Part shown: positions 26,901-39,235 of the stretch, piece by piece
How the letters are laid out: each line of letters begins with the position of its first letter
How positions within the stretch are numbered: position 1 is the first letter of the stretch
Assembly (NCBI RefSeq): GCF_009914755.1
Contig: NC_060930.1
Direction: 5' to 3' (one strand)
Source of the DNA: the human T2T-CHM13v2.0 reference genome, Homo sapiens
DNA length: 64,000 nt
The notes under the pieces: model-generated
The model's input: the letters and a program-made list of their open reading frames with translations, nothing else
Told to the model about the DNA's origin: nothing
Database searches by the model: none
Translations under genes and position numbers: made by a program

Positions 26901-29900
26901 ATGGAAATATCTCCCCATAAAACCAAGACAGAAGCAATCTCAGAAACTAATGTGTGATGGCTGCATTCCACACACACGGTGGACCATTTCTCTTGATAGA
27001 GCAGTTTTGAAACACTCTTTCTGTAGAATCTGCAAGTGGATAATTGGACCTCCTAGAGGCCTTCGTTGGAAACGGGATTTCTTCATCTAAACCTACAGAG
27101 AAGAATTCTCAGTAACTTCTTCGGATGTGTGCATTCGACGCACAGAATGGAACATTCCCTTTGATAGAGCAGTTTTGAGACACCGTTTTTGTAGAATTCC
27201 CAAGTGGATATTTAGAGCACTTTGAAGTCTCTGCTAGAAAAGGAAACATCTTCATGTAAAAAGTAGATAGAATCGTTCTCAGAAAGTGCTTAGTGACGTG
27301 TGCGTTCAACTCACAGAGTTTAACGTTTCTTTTGATAGAGCGTTTCTGAAACACCCTTCTTGTAGTAGCTGCAAGTGGATATTTGGACCTATTGGAGGCC
27401 TTCTTTGGAAACGGGATTTCTTCATGTAACTCTAGATTGAAGAATTCTCAGAAACTCCTTTGTGATGTGTGCATTCAATTCAAAGAGTGAAACCTCCCTT
27501 TTCACAGAGCAGTTTTGAAACACTGTTTTTGTAGGATTTCCAAGGGGATATTTATAGCGCATTGAGCCTACGGCGGAAAAAGAAACATCTTCCTATAAAA
27601 ACTAGACAGAATACTTCTCAGAATCTGCTTTGCGATGTGTGCGTTCAACTCACAGAGTAAAACTTTTCTTTTGATAGAGCAGTTTTGAAACACTCTTTTT
27701 GTAGTATTTGCATGTGTATATTTAGAGCGCATTGAAGCCCACAGTAGAAAAGGAAATAACTTCACCTAAAACCTAGACAGAAGCAATCTCAGAAACTACT
27801 TTGTGATGTGTACATTCAACTCACAGAGTGGAACTTTCCTCTTTATAGAGCAGTGTTGAAACACTCTTTTTGTAGAAACTGCAAGTGGATATTTGGACCT
27901 CTTTGAGGCCTTCGTTGGAAACGGGATTTCTTCCTATAACCCTAGACAGAAGAATTTTCAGAAACCTCATTGTGATGTGTGCGTTCATCTCACAGAGTGG
28001 AGTCTTCCGTTTGATAGAGAAGTTTTGAAACCCTGTTCTTGTAGGATTTCCAAGTGGATATTTAGACCACTTTGAAGCCTATGATAGAAAAGGAAACATC
28101 TTCATGGAAAACATAGATAGAATCATCCTCAGAAACAACTTTGTGATGTGTGCGTTGAACTCACCGTCTTTAACCTTTCTTTTGGTAGAGAAGTTTTGAA
28201 ACACTCTCTTTGTAAAGTCTACAAGTGGATATTTTGAGCCCTTGGAGGCATTCTTTGGAAAAGGGAATGTCTTCACATAAAAGGCAGACGGAAGTGTTCT
28301 CAGAAACTGCTTTGTGATGTCTGTGTTCAACTCACAGAGTTTAACATTTCCTTTGATAGAGCGGTTTAGTAACCCTCTCTTTGTAGAATTTGGAAGTGTA
28401 TACTAAGAGCGCTTTGAGGCCTATGGTAGAAAAGGAAATATCTTTCCATAAAAGCTAGACAGAAGCAATCTCAGAAACTCCTCTGTGATGTCTGCATTCA
28501 ACTCACCGAGTGGAACATTCCTCTTGAGAGAGCAGTTTGGAAACACTCTTTCTGTAGAATCAGCTTGTTTGTATTTGGACCTCCTTGAGGCCTTCGTTGG
28601 AAACGGGTTTTCATCTTATAAACCCAGACAGAAGAATTCTCAGAGTCTTCTTTGTGATGTGTGCTTTCAACTCACCGAGATAAAGATTTCTCTTGATAGA
28701 GCAATTTGGAAACACTCTTTTTGTAGAATTTGCAAGGGTACATTGAGAGCGCTTTCAGGCCTATGGTAGAAAAGGGAATATCTTTCCATAAAAGGTAGAC
28801 AGAAGCAATCTCAGAAACTACTTTGTGATGTGTGCATTCAACTCACCGAGTGCAACGTTCCTCTTGACCGAGCAGTTTGGAAACATTGTTTCTGTAGAAT
28901 CTGCAAGTGGATATTTGGACCTCTTTGAGGCCTTCGTTGGAAACGGGATTTCTTCCTATAACCCCAGACAGAAGAATTCTCAGAGACTTCTTTGTGATGT
29001 GTGAATTCAACTCACAGTGTGGATCCTTCCTTTTGATAGAGCAGTTTTGAAACCCTGTTTTTGTAGTATTTCCAAGCGGATATTTGGAACGCCTTCAAGC
29101 GTATGGTAGAAAAGGAAATATCTTCCCATAAAACCTAGACAGAACCAATCTCAGAAACGACTTTGTGATGTCTGCATTCAAGTCACAGAGTTGAACATTT
29201 CTCTTGATAGAGCAGTTTTGAAACCCTCTTTCTGAAGGATGTGCAAGTGGATATTTGGAACTCCTTTGGGTCTTCGTTGGAAACGGGATTTCTTCGTATA
29301 AATCTAGACAGAAGAATTCTCCGAAACTTCTTTGGTTGTGTGCATTCAAGTCACAGAGTGGAACCTTCCTTTGGATAGAGCAGTTTGAAACGCCGTGGTT
29401 GTAGTATTTCCAAGCGGATATTAGAGCGCCTTGAGGCCTATGGTAGAAAAGGAAATATCTTCCCATAAAACCTAGACGGAAGCAATCTCAGAAACTACTG
29501 TGTGATGGCTGCATTCCACACACACGGTGGAACATTTCTCTTGATAGAGCAGTTTTGAAACACTCTTTCTGTAGAATCTGCAAGTGGATAATTGGACCGC
29601 CTTGAGGCCTTCGTTGGAAACGGGATTTCTTCATGTTACTCTAGATAGAAGAATTCTCAAACACTGCTATGTGATGTTTGCATTCAAGTCACAGAGTGCA
29701 ACATTCCTCTTGGTAGAGCAGTTGGGAAACACTCCTTTTGTAGAATCTGCAATGGGATATTTGGACTTCTTTGAGGCCTTCGTTGGAAACGGGATTTCTT
29801 CGTATGAATCTAGACAGAAGAATTCTCAGAAACTTCCTTGTGATGTGTGCATTCAACTCAGCGAGTGGCACCTTCCTTTGGATACAGCAGTTTTGAAACA

Positions 29901-30570
29901 CTGTTTTTGTAGTATTTCCAAGCAGATATTTAGAGCGCCTTGAAGCCTATGCTAGAAATGGAAATATCTCCCCATAAAACCAAGACAGAAGCAATCTCAG
30001 AAACTAATGTGTGATGGCTGCATTCCACACACACGGTGGACCATTTCTCTTGATAGAGCAGTTTTGAAACACTCTTTCTGTAGAATCTGCAAGTGGATAA
30101 TTGGACCTCCTAGAGGCCTTCGTTGGAAACGGGATTTCTTCATCTAAACCTACAGAGAAGAATTCTCAGTAACTTCTTCGGATGTGTGCATTCGACGCAC
30201 AGAATGGAACATTCCCTTTGATAGAGCAGTTTTGAGACACCGTTTTTGTAGAATTCCCAAGTGGATATTTAGAGCACTTTGAAGTCTCTGCTAGAAAAGG
30301 AAACATCTTCATGTAAAAAGTAGATAGAATCGTTCTCAGAAAGTGCTTAGTGACGTGTGCGTTCAACTCACAGAGTTTAACGTTTCTTTTGATAGAGCGT
30401 TTCTGAAACACCCTTCTTGTAGTAGCTGCAAGTGGATATTTGGACCTATTGGAGGCCTTCTTTGGAAACGGGATTTCTTCATGTAACTCTAGATTGAAGA
30501 ATTCTCAGAAACTCCTTTGTGATGTGTGCATTCAATTCAAAGAGTGAAACCTCCCTTTTCACAGAGCAGT

Positions 30571-33121
30571 TTTGAAACACTGTTTTTGTAGGATTTCCAA
30601 GGGGATATTTATAGCGCATTGAGCCTACGGCGGAAAAAGAAACATCTTCCTATAAAAACTAGACAGAATACTTCTCAGAATCTGCTTTGCGATGTGTGCG
30701 TTCAACTCACAGAGTAAAACTTTTCTTTTGATAGAGCAGTTTTGAAACACTCTTTTTGTAGTATTTGCATGTGTATATTTAGAGCGCATTGAAGCCCACA
30801 GTAGAAAAGGAAATAACTTCACCTAAAACCTAGACAGAAGCAATCTCAGAAACTACTTTGTGATGTGTACATTCAACTCACAGAGTGGAACTTTCCTCTT
30901 TATAGAGCAGTGTTGAAACACTCTTTTTGTAGAAACTGCAAGTGGATATTTGGACCTCTTTGAGGCCTTCGTTGGAAACGGGATTTCTTCCTATAACCCT
31001 AGACAGAAGAATTTTCAGAAACCTCATTGTGATGTGTGCGTTCATCTCACAGAGTGGAGTCTTCCGTTTGATAGAGAAGTTTTGAAACCCTGTTCTTGTA
31101 GGATTTCCAAGTGGATATTTAGACCACTTTGAAGCCTATGATAGAAAAGGAAACATCTTCATGGAAAACATAGATAGAATCATCCTCAGAAACAACTTTG
31201 TGATGTGTGCGTTGAACTCACCGTCTTTAACCTTTCTTTTGGTAGAGAAGTTTTGAAACACTCTCTTTGTAAAGTCTACAAGTGGATATTTTGAGCCCTT
31301 GGAGGCATTCTTTGGAAAAGGGAATGTCTTCACATAAAAGGCAGACGGAAGTGTTCTCAGAAACTGCTTTGTGATGTCTGTGTTCAACTCACAGAGTTTA
31401 ACATTTCCTTTGATAGAGCGGTTTAGTAACCCTCTCTTTGTAGAATTTGGAAGTGTATACTAAGAGCGCTTTGAGGCCTATGGTAGAAAAGGAAATATCT
31501 TTCCATAAAAGCTAGACAGAAGCAATCTCAGAAACTCCTCTGTGATGTCTGCATTCAACTCACCGAGTGGAACATTCCTCTTGAGAGAGCAGTTTGGAAA
31601 CACTCTTTCTGTAGAATCAGCTTGTTTGTATTTGGACCTCCTTGAGGCCTTCGTTGGAAACGGGTTTTCATCTTATAAACCCAGACAGAAGAATTCTCAG
31701 AGTCTTCTTTGTGATGTGTGCTTTCAACTCACCGAGATAAAGATTTCTCTTGATAGAGCAATTTGGAAACACTCTTTTTGTAGAATTTGCAAGGGTACAT
31801 TGAGAGCGCTTTCAGGCCTATGGTAGAAAAGGGAATATCTTTCCATAAAAGGTAGACAGAAGCAATCTCAGAAACTACTTTGTGATGTGTGCATTCAACT
31901 CACCGAGTGCAACGTTCCTCTTGACCGAGCAGTTTGGAAACATTGTTTCTGTAGAATCTGCAAGTGGATATTTGGACCTCTTTGAGGCCTTCGTTGGAAA
32001 CGGGATTTCTTCCTATAAACCCAGACAGAAGAATTCTCAGAGACTTCTTTGTGATGTGTGAATTCAACTCACAGTGTGGATCCTTCCTTTTGATAGAGCA
32101 GTTTTGAAACCCTGTTTTTGTAGTATTTCCAAGCGGATATTTGGAACGCCTTGAAGCGTATGGTAGAAAAGGAAATATCTTCCCATAAAACCTAGACAGA
32201 ACCAATCTCAGAAACGACTTTGTGATGTCTGCATTCAAGTCACAGAGTTGAACATTTCTCTTGATAGAGCAGTTTTGAAACCCTCTTTCTGAAGGATCTG
32301 CAAGTGGATATTTGGAACTCCTTTGGGTCTTCGTTGGAAACGGGATTTCTTCGTATAAATCTAGACAGAAGAATTCTCAGAAACTTCCTTGTGATGTGTG
32401 CATTCAACTCAGCGAGTGGCACCTTCCTTTGGATACAGCAGTTTTGAAACACTGTTTTTGTAGTATTTCCAAGCGGATATTTAGAGCGCCTTGAAGCCTA
32501 TGCTAGAAATGGAAATATCTCCCCATAAAACCAAGACGGAAGCAATCTCAGAAACTAATGTGTGATGGCTGCATTCCACACACACGGTGGACCATTTCTC
32601 TTGATAGAGCAGTTTTGAAACACTCTTTCTGTAGAATCTGCAAGTGGATAATTGGACCTCCTAGAGGCCTTCGTTGGAAACGGGATTTCTTCATCTAAAC
32701 CTACAGAGAAGTATTCTCAGTAACTTCTTCGGATGTGTGCATTCGACGCACAGAATGGAACATTCCCTTTGATAGAGCAGTTTTGAGACACCGTTTTTGT
32801 AGAATTCCCAAGTGGATATTTAGAGCACTTTGAAGTCTCTGCTAGAAAAGGAAACATCTTCATGTAAAAAGTAGATAGAATCGTTCTCAGAAAGTGCTTA
32901 GTGTCGTGTGCGTTCAACTCACAGAGTTTAACGTTTCTTTTGATAGAGCGTTTCTGAAACACCCTTCTTGTAGTAGCTGCAAGTGGATATTTGGACCTAT
33001 TGGAGGCCTTCTTTGGAAACGGGATTTCTTCATGTAACTCTAGATTGAAGAATTCTCAGAAACTCCTTTGTGATGTGTGCATTCAATTCAAAGAGTGAAA
33101 CCTCCCTTTTCACAGAGCAGT
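30571..33121 (+). repeat. 15-mer HOR structural variant (2551 bp, 506-bp / 3-monomer deletion), copy c11
   Basis: ORF spacing 30625 to 33176 is 2551 bp. The junction ...TCGTATAAATCTAGACAGAAGAATTCTCAGAAACTTCCTTG fuses HOR offset ~1790 to ~2300. Confidence 0.97.
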
Positions 33122-36100
33122 TTTGAAACACTGTTTTTGTAGGATTTCCAAGGGGATATTTATAGCGCATTGAGCCTACGGCGGAAAAAGAAACATCTTC
33201 CTATAAAAACTAGACAGAATACTTCTCAGAATCTGCTTTGCGATGTGTGCGTTCAACTCACAGAGTAAAACTTTTCTTTTGATAGAGCAGTTTTGAAACA
33301 CTCTTTTTGTAGTATTTGCATGTGTATATTTAGAGCGCATTGAAGCCCACAGTAGAAAAGGAAATAACTTCACCTAAAACCTAGACAGAAGCAATCTCAG
33401 AAACTACTTTGTGATGTGTACATTCAACTCACAGAGTGGAACTTTCCTCTTTATAGAGCAGTGTTGAAACACTCTTTTTGTAGAAACTGCAAGTGGATAT
33501 TTGGACCTCTTTGAGGCCTTCGTTGGAAACGGGATTTCTTCCTATAACCCTAGACAGAAGAATTTTCAGAAACCTCATTGTGATGTGTGCGTTCATCTCA
33601 CAGAGTGGAGTCTTCCGTTTGATAGAGAAGTTTTGAAACCCTGTTCTTGTAGGATTTCCAAGTGGATATTTAGACCACTTTGAAGCCTATGATAGAAAAG
33701 GAAACATCTTCATGGAAAACATAGATAGAATCATCCTCAGAAACAACTTTGTGATGTGTGCGTTGAACTCACCGTCTTTAACCTTTCTTTTGGTAGAGAA
33801 GTTTTGAAACACTCTCTTTGTAAAGTCTACAAGTGGATATTTTGAGCCCTTGGAGGCATTCTTTGGAAAAGGGAATGTCTTCACATAAAAGGCAGACGGA
33901 AGTGTTCTCAGAAACTGCTTTGTGATGTCTGTGTTCAACTCACAGAGTTTAACATTTCCTTTGATAGAGCGGTTTAGTAACCCTCTCTTTGTAGAATTTG
34001 GAAGTGTATACTAAGAGCGCTTTGAGGCCTATGGTAGAAAAGGAAATATCTTTCCATAAAAGCTAGACAGAAGCAATCTCAGAAACTCCTCTGCGATGTC
34101 TGCATTCAACTCACCGAGTGGAACATTCCTCTTGAGAGAGCAGTTTGGAAACACTCTTTCTGTAGAATCAGCTTGTTTGTATTTGGACCTCCTTGAGGCC
34201 TTCGTTGGAAACGGGTTTTCATCTTATAAACCCAGACAGAAGAATTCTCAGAGTCTTCTTTGTGATGTGTGCTTTCAACTCACCGAGATAAAGATTTCTC
34301 TTGATAGAGCAATTTGGAAACACTCTTTTTGTAGAATTTGCAAGGGTACATTGAGAGCGCTTTCAGGCCTATGGTAGAAAAGGGAATATCTTTCCATAAA
34401 AGGTAGACAGAAGCAATCTCAGAAACTACTTTGTGATGTGTGCATTCAACTCACCGAGTGCAACGTTCCTCTTGACCGAGCAGTTTGGAAACATTGTTTC
34501 TGTAGAATCTGCAAGTGGATATTTGGACCTCTTTGAGGCCTTCGTTGGAAACGGGATTTCTTCCTATAACCCCAGACAGAAGAATTCTCAGAGACTTCTT
34601 TGTGATGTGTGAATTCAACTCACAGTGTGGATCCTTCCTTTTGATAGAGCAGTTTTGAAACCCTGTTTTTGTAGTATTTCCAAGCGGATATTTGGAACGC
34701 CTTGAAGCGTATGGTAGAAAAGGAAATATCTTCCCATAAAACCTAGACAGAACCAATCTCAGAAACGACTTTGTGATGTCTGCATTCAAGTCACAGAGTT
34801 GAACATTTCTCTTGATAGAGCAGTTTTGAAACCCTCTTTCTGAAGGATCTGCAAGTGGATATTTGGAACTCCTTTGGGTCTTCGTTGGAAACGGGATTTC
34901 TTCGTATAAATCTAGACAGAAGAATTCTCCGAAACTTCTTTGGTTGTGTGCATTCAAGTCACAGAGTGGAACCTTCCTTTGGATAGAGCAGTTTGAAACG
35001 CCGTGGTTGTAGTATTTCCAAGCGGATATTAGAGCGCCTTGAGGCCTATGGTAGAAAAGGAAATATCTTCCCATAAAACCTAGACGGAAGCAATCTCAGA
35101 AACTACTGTGTGATGGCTGCATTCCACACACACGGTGGAACATTTCTCTTGATAGAGCAGTTTTGAAACACTCTTTCTGTAGAATCTGCAAGTGGATAAT
35201 TGGACCGCCTTGAGGCCTTCGTTGGAAACGGGATTTCTTCATGTTACTCTAGATAGAAGAATTCTCAAACACTGCTATGTGATGTTTGCATTCAAGTCAC
35301 AGAGTGCAACATTCCTCTTGGTAGAGCAGTTGGGAAACACTCCTTTTGTAGAATCTGCAATGGGATATTTGGACTTCTTTGAGGCCTTCGTTGGAAACGG
35401 GATTTCTTCGTATGAATCTAGACAGAAGAATTCTCAGAAACTTCCTTGTGATGTGTGCATTCAACTCAGCGAGTGGCACCTTCCTTTGGATACAGCAGTT
35501 TTGAAACACTGTTTTTGTAGTATTTCCAAGCGGATATTTAGAGCGCCTTGAAGCCTATGCTAGAAATGGAAATATCTCCCCATAAAACCAAGACAGAAGC
35601 AATCTCAGAAACTAATGTGTGATGGCTGCATTCCACACACACGGTGGACCATTTCTCTTGATAGAGCAGTTTTGAAACACTCTTTCTGTAGAATCTGCAA
35701 GTGGATAATTGGACCTCCTAGAGGCCTTCGTTGGAAACGGGATTTCTTCATCTAAACCTACAGAGAAGAATTCTCAGTAACTTCTTCGGATGTGTGCATT
35801 CGACGCACAGAATGGAACATTCCCTTTGATAGAGCAGTTTTGAGACACCGTTTTTGTAGAATTCCCAAGTGGATATTTAGAGCACTTTGAAGTCTCTGCT
35901 AGAAAAGGAAACATCTTCATGTAAAAAGTAGATAGAATCGTTCTCAGAAAGTGCTTAGTGACGTGTGCGTTCAACTCACAGAGTTTAACGTTTCTTTTGA
36001 TAGAGCGTTTCTGAAACACCCTTCTTGTAGTAGCTGCAAGTGGATATTTGGACCTATTGGAGGCCTTCTTTGGAAACGGGATTTCTTCATGTAACTCTAG

Positions 36101-39100
36101 ATTGAAGAATTCTCAGAAACTCCTTTGTGATGTGTGCATTCAATTCAAAGAGTGAAACCTCCCTTTTCACAGAGCAGTTTTGAAACACTGTTTTTGTAGG
36201 ATTTCCAAGGGGATATTTATAGCGCATTGAGCCTACGGCGGAAAAAGAAACATCTTCCTATAAAAACTAGACAGAATACTTCTCAGAATCTGCTTTGCGA
36301 TGTGTGCGTTCAACTCACAGAGTAAAACTTTTCTTTTGATAGAGCAGTTTTGAAACACTCTTTTTGTAGTATTTGCATGTGTATATTTAGAGCGCATTGA
36401 AGCCCACAGTAGAAAAGGAAATAACTTCACCTAAAACCTAGACAGAAGCAATCTCAGAAACTACTTTGTGATGTGTACATTCAACTCACAGAGTGGAACT
36501 TTCCTCTTTATAGAGCAGTGTTGAAACACTCTTTTTGTAGAAACTGCAAGTGGATATTTGGACCTCTTTGAGGCCTTCGTTGGAAACGGGATTTCTTCCT
36601 ATAACCCTAGACAGAAGAATTTTCAGAAACCTCATTGTGATGTGTGCGTTCATCTCACAGAGTGGAGTCTTCCGTTTGATAGAGAAGTTTTGAAACCCTG
36701 TTCTTGTAGGATTTCCAAGTGGATATTTAGACCACTTTGAAGCCTATGATAGAAAAGGAAACATCTTCATGGAAAACATAGATAGAATCATCCTCAGAAA
36801 CAACTTTGTGATGTGTGCGTTGAACTCACCGTCTTTAACCTTTCTTTTGGTAGAGAAGTTTTGAAACACTCTCTTTGTAAAGTCTACAAGTGGATATTTT
36901 GAGCCCTTGGAGGCATTCTTTGGAAAAGGGAATGTCTTCACATAAAAGGCAGACGGAAGTGTTCTCAGAAACTGCTTTGTGATGTCTGTGTTCAACTCAC
37001 AGAGTTTAACATTTCCTTTGATAGAGCGGTTTAGTAACCCTCTCTTTGTAGAATTTGGAAGTGTATACTAAGAGCGCTTTGAGGCCTATGGTAGAAAAGG
37101 AAATATCTTTCCATAAAAGCTAGACAGAAGCAATCTCAGAAACTCCTCTGTGATGTCTGCATTCAACTCACCGAGTGGAACATTCCTCTTGAGAGAGCAG
37201 TTTGGAAACACTCTTTCTGTAGAATCAGCTTGTTTGTATTTGGACCTCCTTGAGGCCTTCGTTGGAAACGGGTTTTCATCTTATAAACCCAGACAGAAGA
37301 ATTCTCAGAGTCTTCTTTGTGATGTGTGCTTTCAACTCACCGAGATAAAGATTTCTCTTGATAGAGCAATTTGGAAACACTCTTTTTGTAGAATTTGCAA
37401 GGGTACATTGAGAGCGCTTTCAGGCCTATGGTAGAAAAGGGAATATCTTTCCATAAAAGGTAGACAGAAGCAATCTCAGAAACTACTTTGTGATGTGTGC
37501 ATTCAACTCACCGAGTGCAACGTTCCTCTTGACCGAGCAGTTTGGAAACATTGTTTCTGTAGAATCTGCAAGTGGATATTTGGACCTCTTTGAGGCCTTC
37601 GTTGGAAACGGGATTTCTTCCTATAACCCCAGACAGAAGAATTCTCAGAGACTTCTTTGTGATGTGTGAATTCAACTCACAGTGTGGATCCTTCCTTTTG
37701 ATAGAGCAGTTTTGAAACCCTGTTTTTGTAGTATTTCCAAGCGGATATTTGGAACGCCTTGAAGCGTATGGTAGAAAAGGAAATATCTTCCCATAAAACC
37801 TAGACAGAACCAATCTCAGAAACGACTTTGTGATGTCTGCATTCAAGTCACAGAGTTGAACATTTCTCTTGATAGAGCAGTTTTGAAACCCTCTTTCTGA
37901 AGGATCTGCAAGTGGATATTTGGAACTCCTTTGGGTCTTCGTTGGAAACGGGATTTCTTCGTATAAATCTAGACAGAAGAATTCTCCGAAACTTCTTTGG
38001 TTGTGTGCATTCAAGTCACAGAGTGGAACCTTCCTTTGGATAGAGCAGTTTGAAACGCCGTGGTTGTAGTATTTCCAAGCGGATATTAGAGCGCCTTGAG
38101 GCCTATGGTAGAAAAGGAAATATCTTCCCATAAAACCTAGACGGAAGCAATCTCAGAAACTACTGTGTGATGGCTGCATTCCACACACACGGTGGAACAT
38201 TTCTCTTGATAGAGCAGTTTTGAAACACTCTTTCTGTAGAATCTGCAAGTGGATAATTGGACCGCCTTGAGGCCTTCGTTGGAAACGGGATTTCTTCATG
38301 TTACTCTAGATAGAAGAATTCTCAAACACTGCTATGTGATGTTTGCATTCAAGTCACAGAGTGCAACATTCCTCTTGGTAGAGCAGTTGGGAAACACTCC
38401 TTTTGTAGAATCTGCAATGGGATATTTGGACTTCTTTGAGGCCTTCGTTGGAAACGGGATTTCTTCGTATGAATCTAGACAGAAGAATTCTCAGAAACTT
38501 CCTTGTGATGTGTGCATTCAACTCAGCGAGTGGCACCTTCCTTTGGATACAGCAGTTTTGAAACACTGTTTTTGTAGTATTTCCAAGCGGATATTTAGAG
38601 CGCCTTGAAGCCTATGCTAGAAATGGAAATATCTCCCCATAAAACCAAGACAGAAGCAATCTCAGAAACTAATGTGTGATGGCTGCATTCCACACACACG
38701 GTGGACCATTTCTCTTGATAGAGCAGTTTTGAAACACTCTTTCTGTAGAATCTGCAAGTGGATAATTGGACCTCCTAGAGGCCTTCGTTGGAAACGGGAT
38801 TTCTTCATCTAAACCTACAGAGAAGAATTCTCAGTAACTTCTTCGGATGTGTGCATTCGACTCACAGAATGGAACATTCCCTTTGATAGAGCAGTTTTGA
38901 GACACCGTTTTTGTAGAATTCCCAAGTGGATATTTAGAGCACTTTGAAGTCTCTGCTAGAAAAGGAAACATCTTCATGTAAAAAGTAGATAGAATCGTTC
39001 TCAGAAAGTGCTTAGTGACGTGTGCGTTCAACTCACAGAGTTTAACGTTTCTTTTGATAGAGCGTTTCTGAAACACCCTTCTTGTAGTAGCTGCAAGTGG

Positions 39101-39235
39101 ATATTTGGACCTATTGGAGGCCTTCTTTGGAAATGGGATTTCTTCATGTAACTCTAGATTGAAGAGTTCTCAGAAACTCCTTTGTGATGTGTGCATTCAA
39201 TTCAAAGAGTGAAACCTCCCTTTTCACAGAGCAGT
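33122..39235 (+). repeat. Two full-length 18-mer HOR copies (c12, c13)
   Basis: Spacing 33176, 36233, 39290 is 3057 bp each. Confidence 0.98.

Larger units (their letters stand above)
1..30570 (+). repeat. Ten tandem full-length 18-mer HOR copies (c1-c10, 3057 bp each)
   Basis: The ORF at 380 recurs at +3057 steps up to 30950, so there is no net indel. Confidence 0.98.

Noticed and set aside
32240-32494. New fusion ORFs at the 15-mer junction (also 40905-41159)
   Set aside because: By-product of the 506-bp deletion joining paralogous monomers, with no evidence of coding function.
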